60,268 nt of DNA, taken from contig JAUCBJ010008704.1 of NCBI GenBank assembly GCA_032718475.1, positions 1 to 60,268 on the forward strand. Reading direction: 5' to 3'. Of this stretch, positions 14,101 to 25,294 are shown in pieces. This stretch comes from Nemertoderma westbladi (taxonomy: Eukaryota; Animalia; Xenacoelomorpha). Made by a program: the position numbers and the translations under genes. Each line of letters starts with the position of its first letter. The stretch's first letter is position 1. Under the pieces are notes generated by a model. That model made no database searches. It worked only from the letters and a program-made list of their open reading frames with translations, and was not told where the DNA came from.

Positions 14101-14999
14101 CAGAGAGCCCTTCAAACAAACTTGAATCAGCAGAAAGCCCTTCAAACAAACTTGAATCAGCAGAAAACCATTCAAACAAACTTGAATCAGCAGAAAGCCC
14201 TTCAAACAAACTTGAATCAGCAGAAAGCCCTTCAAACAAACTTGAATCATCAGAAAGCCCTTCAAACAAACTTGAATCAGCAGAAAACCCTTCAAACAAA
14301 CTTGAATCAGAAGAAAGCCCTTCAAACAAACTTGAATCAGCAGAAAGCCCTTCAAACACACTTGAATCAGAAGAAAGCCCTTCAAATAAACTTGAATCAG
14401 CAGAAAGCCCTTCAAACAAACTTGAATTAACAGAAAGCCCTTCAAACAAACTTGAATCAACGGAAAGCCCTTCAAACAAACTTGAATCAGCAGAAAGCTT
14501 CTCTGACATAGTTGCAGGGACAAAGAATGCCCCAAGCAATGTTAATGGAAGAAGAGGTGTTTCAAAAAATGATACGACTTTACAAAATGGTAATCCTGAC
14601 AAAATAAGTTCAAAACGTGACTCAAACGTTAAGGTTGAATCTTCTCAATACGACGCACTGGATTCTGATGTATTCATGAACTCGCCGCCTAATAGTACCG
14701 TGGACGGGGCTAAAGATATCGTCAGATCAACCACCGCCGACCTGGGAATCAAACCTCCACGCGGAGTGTCTGATGGCGTCGCCAAGACCCCGCCAAGTAG
14801 GATCGCTACTCTATCCTCAGCGAAGAAGCACGGAGTTACACCGGCGGTGAGCGGTGCAGGGCGCACCGGTTCGACAACCACCAGCAGCGGGGCAGGTCGA
14901 ACTGGGCCAACTGCCACCAGCGGTGCAGTAAAACGTAAACCCACAGAAGCCACCAGGAGACGGGGCAGTAAGACAAGTGTAACCAAATCTACTAAATGA
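8154..14999 (+). CDS. BTBD8: BTB/POZ domain protein 8-like (two BTB domains, helical region, long repetitive tail), single exon, 2281 aa
   Basis: N-terminal QLRTDL..L......TDLNF.IDGKSFKAH..IL..R.P.F; second BTB LSGDLL.LY....D....EGK...AHKFILSGRSTYF followed by FHFFHTPCP..L and KWMSKHF, matching BTBD8 architecture from memory. Confidence 0.8.
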   Translation: MGCYRAKDESSNALEKKIAKEQEKLKLIFIQQLRTDLRNMLDLGNLTDLNFIIDGKSFKAHYTILKIRAPEFCDDFIPDSNPSGNINLDYIDHNDFEKFLVSVYTFDDLRWCRKKIREWIILKESAQDQPASECGQRGDESDAAIVPPNDITEITSDGLKVIISTDNEQHNRSHSLVLDHINECNQLETTDDDSKLSVEIEESSMPGTDTQNHSNGEFQENAVPLCPINNLLTATMADTESSHYVSCSDPDSLDCSFEGENNFGAEDLDEIYRSKCGDVYTNTKNATTVTTVEGGSNVIFPLQDIPMVDDIRATDDVPTAADHSDQVAPPVTDPPGLDLINDNVLPNYLDSSTPNAIPQLKAASPLTPQPPHYPPEIIAAATQHLIAQQMISTQQLIQQQMLFNQTMLNRISMGDGQSNGGNPVAGSELAATWESQQQSETSADIEQDEPADVLETLDQDEFEELADDVAAYEDEKPRLPSPVCFYIDFKNDKSSDATKLEKSDVEKVYPTQKAYPLGQKHSSSARNLSMSSAALGRSTSQVDDFSTGDSNLSGDLLSLYTSQSGCDCQLIIEGKSIGAHKFILSGRSTYFAGLLEKSSEISLDISHTEADFLLRFIYGACADIPRGFSISDLFDLSETFLIPGINDLAQHEIKKICFHFFHTPCPQCLATFADGLKLCLQYNCESLVNVALKWMSKHFVKFLSSHAFHLMPQEIQDEYFVVVSDDVNCENVLQYLLKCEKLVVSCPKVKWSPQIRSVGRKLVGKCIQLIIDNFASYSSSDNFVILLEGQTWSDDIIEQLCETLTSNVGRDSVVAIFNALICLEDGEKLPVDCSEKSINSLHNVRERCLHYLIRNVNTIIHHSSWINLPKSYQDKIKSDAVFVDETAVKRSKKPPVLSSSSKETSKKRDNIGTQSPKSTRAEKSLKPPQGKSKDSTNLTFVKYDEDTSNADVVKPTKNTLDACIRKGEANKDIESDNPKVKVSKSKTSKIGKTEKNTVGDTTKNASGKPEPTKGDTYESTNSITDREPKKRAAGKEEKTGTAKIDTCIAAPTNTATGEAEPIKSATGKAENTDAENTEQKQIATCNAGTTAATTESRNSDTVKDKPPINSTTRKAEPAKGDKGDAEPINTDTCKAESTKTDKSVAGPLKRATCESEPTKTDSGKFKTIKSTSGNAELTKCATGKVEPTKSNTGKAEPSKSTIGKAEQAQSTTGKAEHAKSTTGKAEQAKSTTGKAEQAKSTTGKAEQAKSTTGKAEQAKSNTGKAEQAKSTIGKSEQEKNTTVKAEQAKSTTGKAEEAKSTIGKAEKEKNTAVKAEQAKSTTGKAEIAKSNTGKAETSKSTTSKADPTKSNTGKAEQEKNTTVKAEPTKSNTGKAEPAKSTIGKAEKEKNTAVKAEQAKSNTGKPETAKRTSGKAEQEKNTKVKTVASKSVTGKDVTTNADTVKPEPLKNNKGKAEPTNDDLIGPTKNTTDNAEPIKSATEITEQTKSGTTNKDERMETYNQHETNNYQMNVPESDINLLMLISPKNDNNNVAESLTGKDESAENPSNKLESAESPSNKLESTESPSNKLESTENPSNKLESAENPSNKLESTESPSNKLESAENPSNKHESTESPSNKLESTESSSNKLESAESPSNKLESTESPSNKLESAENLSNKLKSAESPSNKLESAESPSNKLESAESPSNKLESAESPSNKLESTESPSNKLESAENLSNKLESAESPSNKLESAESPSNKLESAESPSNKLKSAESSSNKLELAESPSNKLESAESPSNKLESAESPSNKLESAESPSNKLESAESPSNKLESAESPSNKLESTESPSNKLESAENLSNKLESAESPSNKLESAESPSNKLESAESPSNKLKSAESSSNKLELAESPSNKLESAESPSNKLELAESPSNKLESTESPSNKLESAENPSNKLESAENPSNKLESAESPSNKLELAESPSNKLESTESPSNKLESAESPSNKLESAESPSNKLESAESPSNKLESAENHSNKLESAESPSNKLESAESPSNKLESSESPSNKLESAENPSNKLESEESPSNKLESAESPSNTLESEESPSNKLESAESPSNKLELTESPSNKLESTESPSNKLESAESFSDIVAGTKNAPSNVNGRRGVSKNDTTLQNGNPDKISSKRDSNVKVESSQYDALDSDVFMNSPPNSTVDGAKDIVRSTTADLGIKPPRGVSDGVAKTPPSRIATLSSAKKHGVTPAVSGAGRTGSTTTSSGAGRTGPTATSGAVKRKPTEATRRRGSKTSVTKSTK
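11690..12420 (+). repeat. Coding 30-bp tandem repeat (STTGKAEQAK)n
   Basis: About 24 in-frame 10-aa units, with more degenerate copies on either side. Confidence 0.9.
12771..14500 (+). repeat. Coding 30-bp tandem repeat (LESAESPSNK)n
   Basis: About 57 near-identical in-frame units. Confidence 0.95.
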
Positions 15000-16603
15000 T
15001 ACATATATTGTATGCGCAGTGCAATATTTACGTGCTGAAGAGTTTATAGGTGCAGTTTGGAAGCAATACAACATGGTGGTACAAGTAAGTAGTTAATAGT
15101 ATTATATGTGTAGCTTAGAAACAATTATTTATTATTATTATTTTATTGGGTTCTACCAGTTAATAAGTCATTCCATACTAGAGTTTTATTTCTTTTTAAA
15201 AGTTTCCATTCCAGATTTGAGATTCCTAGATTCTTTATATCATTTATTTTTATTTATTTGTACTTTTCTTATTCTTATAAGTAGTATATAAGCTTTATTT
15301 CTAAATTAATCGTCATATTATTTATAAATAGACATATATATGCTTAAAGCATATAAATTCTTAATTTCAAGGTGCGGTGTATTTTTTCTGTAGAGTTTAC
15401 TGTGTGTATTTAGTATTTACTAGTTAGATATTTAATGCCCATTAGTAGGTTTTTTCATTTCGTGCTAATGCCCCCCCCCCCCCCCCCCCCCCCCCCAACT
15501 AGGCAGTCTGGTTCATATAGTTTCAAGATGATGATTTTTAGATGTCCGATATTATTTCAGTTGGATTTATTAGCGAAGTTACTTATATGGCCTTATCCTT
15601 CTTACCTAGGTATGTATTTAATAACCTAATATTCATTTAATTTCCTATCTTTAATTATTTACTTATTGTTTCACATTGCGCAGTTTATTAATAATATTGT
15701 AGACTTAATATTTATTTTTTTCACATTGAATTAGCTGTGGAACTACTGGAAGCAGCTGTACCCTGTACAATCGATGTAACTTATCGATTAGGGAGGGAGG
15801 GGGGGGGGGGGGGGGGGGGGTACGGTACAGTTAGCCATATACGCCACGCGTTGGAATGGTGTTATTACCTCTAACATTACGAGTCGAGCGGTGGGGTTGC
15901 CTGTTCCTCTTACTCCTCGAACGCTCATATCACAGCTATTTCTCAATGATATATAGATTTGGAAACTTGATTTGGAACTTTTCCATCGCCTCTGACAAAT
16001 CACAAAAACGCAAATAATAAAGTTGTTGTTTTAATGGGGTGTAAACGCTACGCCGACAATCGACAACGACAACAACACATCAACCTGTTCCCTGTGTGCT
16101 TAACTTTCATTTATTGTTTTGATTAGAATATCCTTCCACTGTAACCTCTTCCTTTCCCTTCTTAGTTAGTTATTAATGATTGTCGGCTTTGGTAAACGCT
16201 TGGCGTCGTAATGGTTATATCCGGTTTAGTATTAAACGAAGGAAAGACTAAGGGAAGGGGGGGTATATCTTGGCAATTGTTACAAGTATGACATGGCGGC
16301 AACACTCTAATACCTAACTGGTTGATTAAATAGTGATGGAGTCACATTTGTCAAACAAATTTAAAAGCGATTCTAAAATCTCTGAATAATAGGAAGGCCA
16401 AAATATCATTGTTTCAAATGCATGCCCTCTTATTAATATCGATAGCTTAATTGGGGTTAATACGATATCTATTCACCTAGTGACTCACCTCTTGGAGTTC
16501 CTTTTGTTGGATTTCTGTCATCTTCTGTCTGTTGGGTCTCCCGAGAACTTCCCTGTATTCTGCCATCGTCTTACTGGCGCCTATAAACGTTCCGAGAGCG
16601 TGG

Positions 16604-17999
16604 ACCTAGGGAGGGAAATATCCGGTTACTAACCACAAATTTTCCGTGAACCTAGAGTGGGAAATATCCGGTTTCTAACCACAAACATTCCATGTACTTA
16701 GGGTGGGAAATATCCGGTTTCTAGCCACAAACATTCCGTGTACCTAGGGTGGGAAATATCCGGTTTCTAAACACAAACATTCCGTGTACCTAGGGTGGGA
16801 AGTATCCGGTTTCTAACCACAAACATTCCTTGTACCTAGGGTGGGAAATATCCGGTTTCTAACCACAAACATTCCGTGTACCTAGGGTGGGAAATATCCG
16901 GTTTCTAACCACAAACATTCCGTGTACCTAGGGTGGGAAATATCCGAAACCGTAATATCCGGTTTCTAACCACAAACATTCCGTCTACCCAGGGTGGGAA
17001 ATATCCGGTTTCTAACCACAAACATTCCGTGTACCTAGGGTGGGAAATATCCGGTTTCTAACCACAAACATTCCGTGTACCTAGGGTGGGAAATATCCGG
17101 TTTCTAACCACAAACATTTCGTGAACCTAGGGTGGGAAATATCCGGTTTCTAACCACAAACATTCCGTGTACCTAGGGTGGGAAATATCCGGTTTCTAAC
17201 CACAAACATTCCGTGTACCTAGGGTGGGAAATATCCGGTTTCTAACCACAAACATTCCGTGTACATAGAGTGGGAAATATCCGGTTTCTAACCACAAACT
17301 TTCCGTGTACCTTGAGTGGGAAATATCCGGTTTCTAACCACAAACATTCCGTGTACCTAGGGTGGGAAATATCCGGTTTCTAACCACAAACATTCCGTGT
17401 ACCTAGAGTGGGAAATATCCGGTTTCTAACCACAAACATTTCGTGTACCTAGAGTGGGAAATATCCGATTTCTAACCACAAACATTCCGTGTACCTAGAG
17501 TGGGAAATATCCGGTTTCTAACCACAAACATTCCGTGTACATAGAGTGGGAAATATCCGGTTTCTAACCACAAACATTTCGTGTACCTAGAGTGGGAAAT
17601 ATCCGGTTTCTAACCACAAACATTCCGTGTACATAGAGTGGGAAATATCCGGTTTCTAACCACAAACATTTCGTGTACCTAGAGTGGGAAATATCCGATT
17701 TCTAACCACAAACATTCCGTGTACCTAGGGTGGGAAATATCCGGTTTCTAACCACAAACATTCCGTGTAACTAGCGTGGGAAATATCCGGTTTCTAACCA
17801 CAAACATTCCGTGTACCTAGGGTGGGAAATATCCGGTTTCTAACCACAAACATTCCGTGTAACTAGCGTGGGAAATATCCGGTTTCTAACCACAAACATT
17901 CCGTGTACCTAGGGTGGGAAATATCCGGTTTCTAACCACAAACATTCCGTGTACCTAGGGTGGGAAATATTCGGTTTCTAACCACCAACATTCCGTGTA
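16604..17999. repeat. 46-bp minisatellite (GTACCTAGGGTGGGAAATATCCGGTTTCTAACCACAAACATTCCGT)n
   Basis: About 30 tandem copies, no spacers. Confidence 0.95.
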
Positions 18000-18282
18000 A
18001 CTTGAGGAAAATATTCCATACCGGTAAACACAATATTATGAGGTAACTGTTTCAGCCGAACCTTTGGCAGTAAATTTAGCTGAGCGACACGTTCCACTTT
18101 GGATGGGGTGCGGGACCTGGATATTATTAGACTGTCTTTGCTTTTGGTTCCCATGGGTGCGAATCCGAACTCTCGGTGTAACTGGGAAAGCTGGGCGGCC
18201 GCCCCCACAGCCCTGCCTTCCTTGGTTATTAGGAATCCTAAAAGGTTTTTTTTATTATTCATGGTTTGTGTTCTCTGTGTGT

Positions 18283-18329
18283 GGTGTCCAAACGTGTATC
18301 ACACACTGTGTGATACACGTTTGGACACC
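18283..18329. repeat. Perfect 23-bp inverted repeat with 1-nt spacer
   Basis: GGTGTCCAAACGTGTATCACACA-C-TGTGTGATACACGTTTGGACACC. Confidence 0.95.
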
Positions 18330-18559
18330 TTCGACGAGCGTATTTATATTATAGTAGAGAAAATGATGTAATTAAATCACTTTTAGCAGCATCTTATTAG
18401 TGATATAAACTGATATACTCAGTAGGGATATATTTTAACTGATTTTAATTTTACTTTATATTTTAAACAGTCTCCATTTTGCATGCAAATAATATATGCA
18501 TTTCTATAGTAAAAGGGTCGGGCCATGATGTCGAATATACACAATAATTAAATAAAATA

Positions 18560-19695
18560 GCAACAGTAACAGACCATGACCAAAATCAATGACAAATAGT
18601 GACTAAGGTAGGTGCCAAGGATACCAGTGTAGGTCGGATCACGTGTAGTGTTATTCGAGCGTAGTGGTAGTGATGATTTGTGGTGTGATAGCTGTGTGTC
18701 TCATGGGATGTTGTAAAATTCCAGGATTCGTTTCCTCCTAACGTCAAGGGACTTCGATTGGTGACTCAGGCAACTGGCGACAAACACACCGTTGAACTGG
18801 TCCGTAAGTGTCGGTTTGCAAATGTTTATGCGCGAGCAGAGGGCTCGGGGGTCATAAGCAAATGACATGATCGAGTACCACTTAGGCAATTCAAAGGGAG
18901 GAGTGGCTTGGTGGTAACCACCGAGCAAGCCTGAATGTGGACCAACCTTGTTATCGTAGTTGTGTTGTGCGGAGAGGCGGAAGGCCAGTTGCAATGGAGT
19001 GTTGGGGCACGACAGCGTGCGTACCAGTGTGCCCATACACTGTCTGATTGCAGTGACAGACATCGGTAGACAGCCGGAAATATGATACTGGGTCGAGTTA
19101 CTTATATATGATCCAAGGTGAAGGAGACCGCGTAGAGTCTTCCGGTAGTAGGTGTCTAGTTTATCGGTGTCTGTTCCTGTTAGTCTCCCTATGTCAAGTT
19201 TGAGTCGGTACAGCACAACTGGGACAGCCAGGGTTCTCCAGAGCATGAATACTACGTCAGGAGGGAGCCATTGTGTTGTCCAACCCTTAGTATGAAATAT
19301 TTGAGAAAGTTGCTCCAGAATTTGTATGGAGTCTGTCAGTACACTGGAGTGTGGTGAGAGTTTATACCCTAAGAAAATCAAGTGATTGCTGCTCGGTATT
19401 AGAGATCCGTTAATGTTGATGAAGCATGGTAGGTGTGCTGAGCCCCGTCTCATCATGATCCATTTTGTTTTGGATCGTTCTAGTTTCAGGCGTTGACTTT
19501 CAACGCTTCAGCTTTGGTTATGTCTGCCATGTTCTCAATGTCTTTAGGGGAGGTCGCTAGCAGAATGAAGTCATCAGCGCGAAAGCCCCCAACCAAATCG
19601 AGTCTACCCAGCAGCCAAGCTGCGAGTTCTTTAGGGCTTTGATCATGCCCATGGTGTACAGGTTAAAGAGGGTCGGAGATAGTAGCGATCCCTGA
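18560..19695 (-). mobile_element. 5'-truncated, frameshifted non-LTR retrotransposon (RT C-terminal half)
   Basis: QGSLLSPTLFNLY and ADDFILLA RT motifs at ~19550-19695, followed by ORF 18701-19456 (FLG, LAVPVVLY, L..YYRK.LR.LL). Confidence 0.8.
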
Positions 19696-19994
19696 TAGCT
19701 AGATTGAAGAATCTAGCTATAGTACCTACAAAGTAGAAACTGAGGTAGGCCTAGCACCGGAAGGCCATTTCGGTACGGATAATTATTTGGCAAACGAATA
19801 TTAAAGTTTAGTTCAATGTATGGGGGGGGGGGGGGGGGGGGGCATCGCATATAAACTTAGCGGTGACGGGCACTGTGAGTTTAAATAATAATTACCAAAA
19901 CAAAACATAGTTAGGGGAAGTGTTGGGAACTATGCTGCCTGTATGAAAAAACTTCTTATTAGTTTACGCTGTAGTTTGATCGCACTATGGCAGC

Positions 19995-21136
19995 ACTGTA
20001 GCCGCGTTCTCGCAGCACTCACCGCTTTCTCGCAGCACTTTCACCGCGTTGTCGTAGCACTTTCACCGCGTTCTCGCTGCACTCACCGCGTTTTCGCAGC
20101 ACTCGCCGCGTTCTAGGAGCACTCACCGCGTTATCGCAGCACTTTCACCGCGTTCTCGCAGCACTCACCGCGTTATCGCAGTGCTGTAACCGCGTTCTCG
20201 CAGCACTTTCACCGCGTTCTCGCAGCACTCGCCGCGTTCTCGCAGCACTCACCGCGTTCTCGCAGCACTCACCGCGTTCTCGCAGCACTTTCACCGCGTT
20301 CTCGCAGCACTCACCGCGTTATCGCAGTGCTGTAACCGCGTTCTCGCAGCACTTTCACCGCGTTCTCGCAGCACTCACCGCGTTCTCGCAGCACTTTTAC
20401 CGCGTTCTAGCAGCACTTTCACCGCGTTCTCGCAGCACTTTCACCGCGTTCTCGCAGCACTTTCACCGCGTTATCGCAGCACTTTCACCGCCTTCTCGCA
20501 GCGCTGTAACCGCGTTCTCGCAGCACTTTCACCCCGTTCTCACAGCGCTCACCGCGTTCTCGATGCGCTGTAACCGCGTTCTCGCAGCACTTTCACCTCG
20601 TTCTCGCAGCGCTCACCGCGTTCTCGATGCGCTGTAACCGCGTTCTCGCAGCACTTTCACCTCGTTCTCGCAGCACTCACCGCGTTCTCGCAGCACTCAC
20701 CGCGTTCTCGCAGCACTCACCGCGTTCTCGCAGCACTCTCCGCGTTCTCGCAGCACTCACCGCGTTCTCGCAGCACTCACAGCGTTCTCGCAGCACTCAC
20801 CGCGTTCTCGCAGCACTCACCGCGTTCTCGCAGCACTCACCGCGTTCTCGCAGCACTCACCGCGTTCTCACAGCACTCTCCGCGTTCTCGCAGCACTCAC
20901 CGCGTTCTCGCAGCACTCACCGCGTTCTCGCAGCACTCACCGCGTTCTCGCAGCACTCACCGCGTTCTCGCAGCACTCACCGCGTTCTCGCAGCACTCAC
21001 CGCGTTCTTGCAGCACTCACCGCGTTCTCGCAGCACTCACCGCGTTCTCGCAGCACTCACCGCGTTCTCGCAGCACTCTCCGCGTTCTCGCAGCACTCAC
21101 CGCGTTCTCGCTGCACTTACCGCGTTCTTGTAGCAT
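19995..21136. repeat. GC-rich 20-22-bp minisatellite (CGCGTTCTCGCAGCACTCAC)n
   Basis: More than 50 tandem copies; CpG-rich. Confidence 0.95.
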
Positions 21137-21193
21137 TGTAACCAAAAGCAAATGCGATGTGATTAACTAGTACTTAGTTTCTAGTGGGGTCGC

Positions 21194-22448
21194 TTAAGGC
21201 TAAAATATAGCAAAATCGTTAATTGCCAGACAAAAGCATGAAAATGTGACTATTTATGTAAAAAAATGTGTAGATTAATCTGAGCCTGTGTACCAAAAGA
21301 ATTGACTACTTCCCTAGCAAAAGGGTGACTATTCCATAGCAACGGGATTAAATTGAAACTCGCCATATAGAAAAATTACAATTATTATAAAACTTGGTTG
21401 GTTTAAAAATAGAAGTCGCGTACACGTTTTCATAGCAACAAGGTGACATTTCCCTGCAACCGTTGTATATTTAATGTAATTATGATTTAAACTTGGGATA
21501 AACAACCTGTCTAGCCCATAGAAGATGGTTAATAGTGATATTGGCGCTGATACACTTTTCCATGGCAACAGGGTGACCTTTCCCTAGGAACTGCCTGAAA
21601 ATCTGATTGAAACTTGGGATAATCAACCCGTCCAGCAATATAAGATGGTTAGTAGTTATATTAGATCTGATACACGTTTCCATAAAAATATTTAACTTTA
21701 GGCTTATGGGGATAATGTGTATTTATATATCAAATGCTCCGCCTCCTGTATTTAAATTTTAGTATTATACAATTATTTTGATTATACTCTATGCACCGGT
21801 ATACACACACAGTCATAATGTCATATTGTCGGAATACAATAATAATGGTAATATAATAATACAATATGGATGGATATATTCCTCTAAAAAATCTGTTAGA
21901 ACTACTTCCAACTTCACAATTTTTTTTACTATTTCACTTGCAAAGCGCAGATGTATTACGGTTTTAGAACATCGTCATGCACTGAAAGGAGGCCAGCGGA
22001 ACAAGATATCCTTGGCAATAACTTAAATCTTTCTAGAATGTTTCCCATATAACGAAAACAAACATAGATAAATATAATACCAATACTACGGGTAGCTATT
22101 AATTGTTGTATGTTATTCGAGTAGGAAAATGGTCAATCATCAGAGTGTTTGATGTATAAACACATTATCCTCATAAAGTCAAAAGTGCAATATTTTTTAA
22201 ATATGGATATTACCTTTTGTTACTATGGAAACGTGCATCACAGTTCCGACAATATAACTATTAACCATATTATTTTGCTAGCTGTTTATCTCCAGTTTCA
22301 ATCTTAATTACCGGTACTCTAAATTTCAGGCAGTTCCTAGGGAAAGGTCACCTTGTTGCTATGGAAACGTGTATCAGCGCCCATGTTATTACTAACAATG
22401 TTCTATTGCTAGACAGGTTGATTATCCCAAGTTTCAATCATAATTCCA
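21194..22448. mobile_element. Foldback-type non-autonomous element with ~120-bp subrepeats in inverted arms
   Basis: ~21480-21740 is inversely repeated at ~22140-22445; left end TTAAGG; right end interrupted at TTAACCCTTT (22449). Confidence 0.6.
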
Positions 22449-22965
22449 TTAACCCTTTAGCACCTAAAGCAGGATTTTATTTGTGCCCTAAAATCCTAAA
22501 CTAAAATCACAAATCTGAAGTTTATCAGTCTTTCTTTCTGTTTGTCTATCAAAACTTATAACAGAATACTAACTAACTAACATTCTCGCTCTGGGGGTTT
22601 TAAAGGTCGGTGATCTCATTTCTGATGTCAGTTTTCACTTTTAAATAAATCTTGTCTGTTGGTCTGTCGGTCTTTCTGTCAGTCAGTCCGTCAAAACTAC
22701 AAAAGAATACAAACTAACAAACATTCTCGCTATGGGGGTTTTAAGGGGTGCTGATTTCATTTATGATGTCAGTTTTAACGTTTACATAAATCTCGTCTGT
22801 CTGTCGGTCTGTCGGTCATTCTGTCAGTCAGTCTGTCAAAACATAAAAAAGAATACAAACTAACTAACATTCTCGCTATCGGGGTTTTAAGGGGTGCTGA
22901 TTTAATTTCTAATGTCAGATTTCACTTTTACATAAATCTAGTCTGTTGGTCTGTCGGTCTGACGG

Positions 22966-24190
22966 TGTTCGCGCTTTCAGACCTTTGGCAGTTTAACCCA
23001 CCAAATTAAGATGTCTTCTAGATATTAAATCTGCTTTTAGTCTATGACAAGTATTTGATTCACTACACTAGTCGAAACCAATCCGTGCGCGACCATTCAC
23101 CCGCTGGATATTCCCGGGAGATTGGGTTCGACGGTTTAATTTTATTGCTATGTAAGCCTAATGTATTATTCGACTGACAGTATTATATAATCTCTGACAA
23201 TATTATTCACCTTCGGTAATATTAACAGTTCCTTTAGGACGTGGCGCTTTATCTATACAAACAGAGTTATGACTTAAACTACTCACAACGATATGGCTTA
23301 ATTATAATTCACATATATGGCGCATTCTTTAGGAATTGCTTCTTTAACAGACTCACTCATACACAATGCTGCACAATACTGCACACTAATCTGCCAATCT
23401 TCACTGATTTTAGTCACATATAAAAGGAACACAGGCTGACTCATGTAGGGTCTATCAAATAACATTAGATTCACTTCAAACCACTTTAACATAAGTCACA
23501 ATCGTTATTGGTAACCTTTCTCTCTTACCTTCGGTATATCAAGAATATTGGGTTGCGGGGTTATTTATCGTTATTCCAAATATAATAATTCATCAACCAT
23601 ATTATGAAGAACTGACAGTAAATAGCAGTATAAACAACAACTGAACAGTTAGGTATATCGGTACATCAGTACCGGTATGTCAGCATTGAGATATTTACAG
23701 AGATATTCAAGTTAAAGGATATATGCCCTTTATAATTAAACCTACTAGTGTAAGACTAAAAAGCAGTACAGCACAAAATACTTCCAAGCCGTTCTTTCTT
23801 TGGCTCAAGACTGAATGTAAACACTGCACATAGGCATTGCGTCATTTCTCGGAAATTTTCTGTACAAGGAGCCACAAAAACGCTCTCATTGGCTGACTGA
23901 ACTGAGAGACGCCGTAGAACAAAGGAAATCAACACGTATGAATGTCAGCTGTTAACCGTAGTCATAGTAACTACTGTTCAAGAGTAGCTATCACCCTTTT
24001 GCGTCACGAATTGCCATAGAATCATAAAATATGCCTTTCACAGTACACATACAGAGGAAATAGGTCTTAGATCCTCTAAAAACACAGATACAGCAATAAT
24101 ACGGTCTCTTACACTTATTAAATCAACTACAGAGTATTTTAATGTAAAAGATAATAAAAATAACGGGGCAATTCAGCAAAGGCTTTTACA
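22966..24190 (-). repeat. 3' LTR of BEL/Pao copy 1
   Basis: Direct repeat of 39694-40918; only two substitutions noticed by eye. Confidence 0.95.
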
Positions 24191-25294
24191 CCGCTCCCAG
24201 AAAATGGGATTTTCAGTCTATAAAATATAAAAATCACAGTTTCTAAAACATAAAGATACTCTAAACAGTTAGTCTTTCTTACGCAGACGGCGTTTACGCA
24301 GTTTTTTGAGGCTAGCAAGAGTCTTTTTCTCTTTGGGGGGAGCCACTTTACTAGGAGGGCCATAACTCCTGGGTGAAGGGTGCAATATGATTGCATCAGA
24401 AGGTGTAGGATTGTGGTCGAGGTATCTGCCGTTTCGATATGCTTCTCCTCGAGCTGATTTTCCTCCGCTCGTAGCTGGATACGTTCATCCAAAAACTCTC
24501 GCAGAGAATAGGATCGTCCAAGTTCGATAACTTCTTAGAGATTCTGGATTTCACAATCGAACTGAGATAAAGACAATTCGTTTATCGATTGGACTTACTG
24601 TTATAACTTACGTTTATCTGAACAAACGCAGGTTTCTTTTTTGATCTTTATAGAATAGCGTTTAACTCGTTTCGTACAACGCTCTCCTTCACTTTGATGA
24701 AGGGTTGTATCGCGTTAAACGGGACGACCATACGGTTGGATAATGATATTAGGTGTCTGCGTCATAATCCAGCTAGGTAAGATGGGCGGCTAGCTAGAAA
24801 TCACTGTCGGAGTGTTACCGATTAATTGTTAGGGTAGCACTAGATCTTGAACAGTGAATACCGTCCGCGAGGATCCGCGACACCACCAGGATCGCAGGTC
24901 TGAGGTCCAACTAAGGAATGAGGAGGTTTGACCGAGTATTCCGGGACTCTGATCGTAAGTTTACTCTAGGATCGTTAGAGCCGAGTGAGCATAGATGATA
25001 CGTCAAACAAGTTTCGCTCGAAACTCCAGTAAATATAACGAACACAACTGTGTTTAACACAACGTTTCCGTGGATGTTTATGTCTTTCCGTTTATTGGCT
25101 GGGTCTAGGGCATTTATCGTAATAATACCAAAGACGCACGTCTGGTAGGGGAAACGCGGGTGATATTGATTTGTTGTTACAATGCTTCTATCAAGAATTC
25201 CAAATATACGTTGGAGTTACCGCGTCCATTTGTTTCTTTAGTGTCTTTTCTTTCGAGTCGATTTCGAATAGAATTTTCGCATTCGAATTTCAGT

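Noticed and set aside
10937-14602. Long antisense and alternate-frame ORFs over BTBD8
   Set aside because: By-products of 30-bp repeats lacking stops in other frames.
15820-16590. Decayed LINE ORF1 or host exon on the minus strand
   Set aside because: Only vague similarity with many stops; cannot be supported by eye.
16604-17999. CRISPR-like appearance of this and the other regular arrays (2748-3362, 19995-21136)
   Set aside because: Units are contiguous with no unique spacers, there are no cas genes, and the context is eukaryotic.
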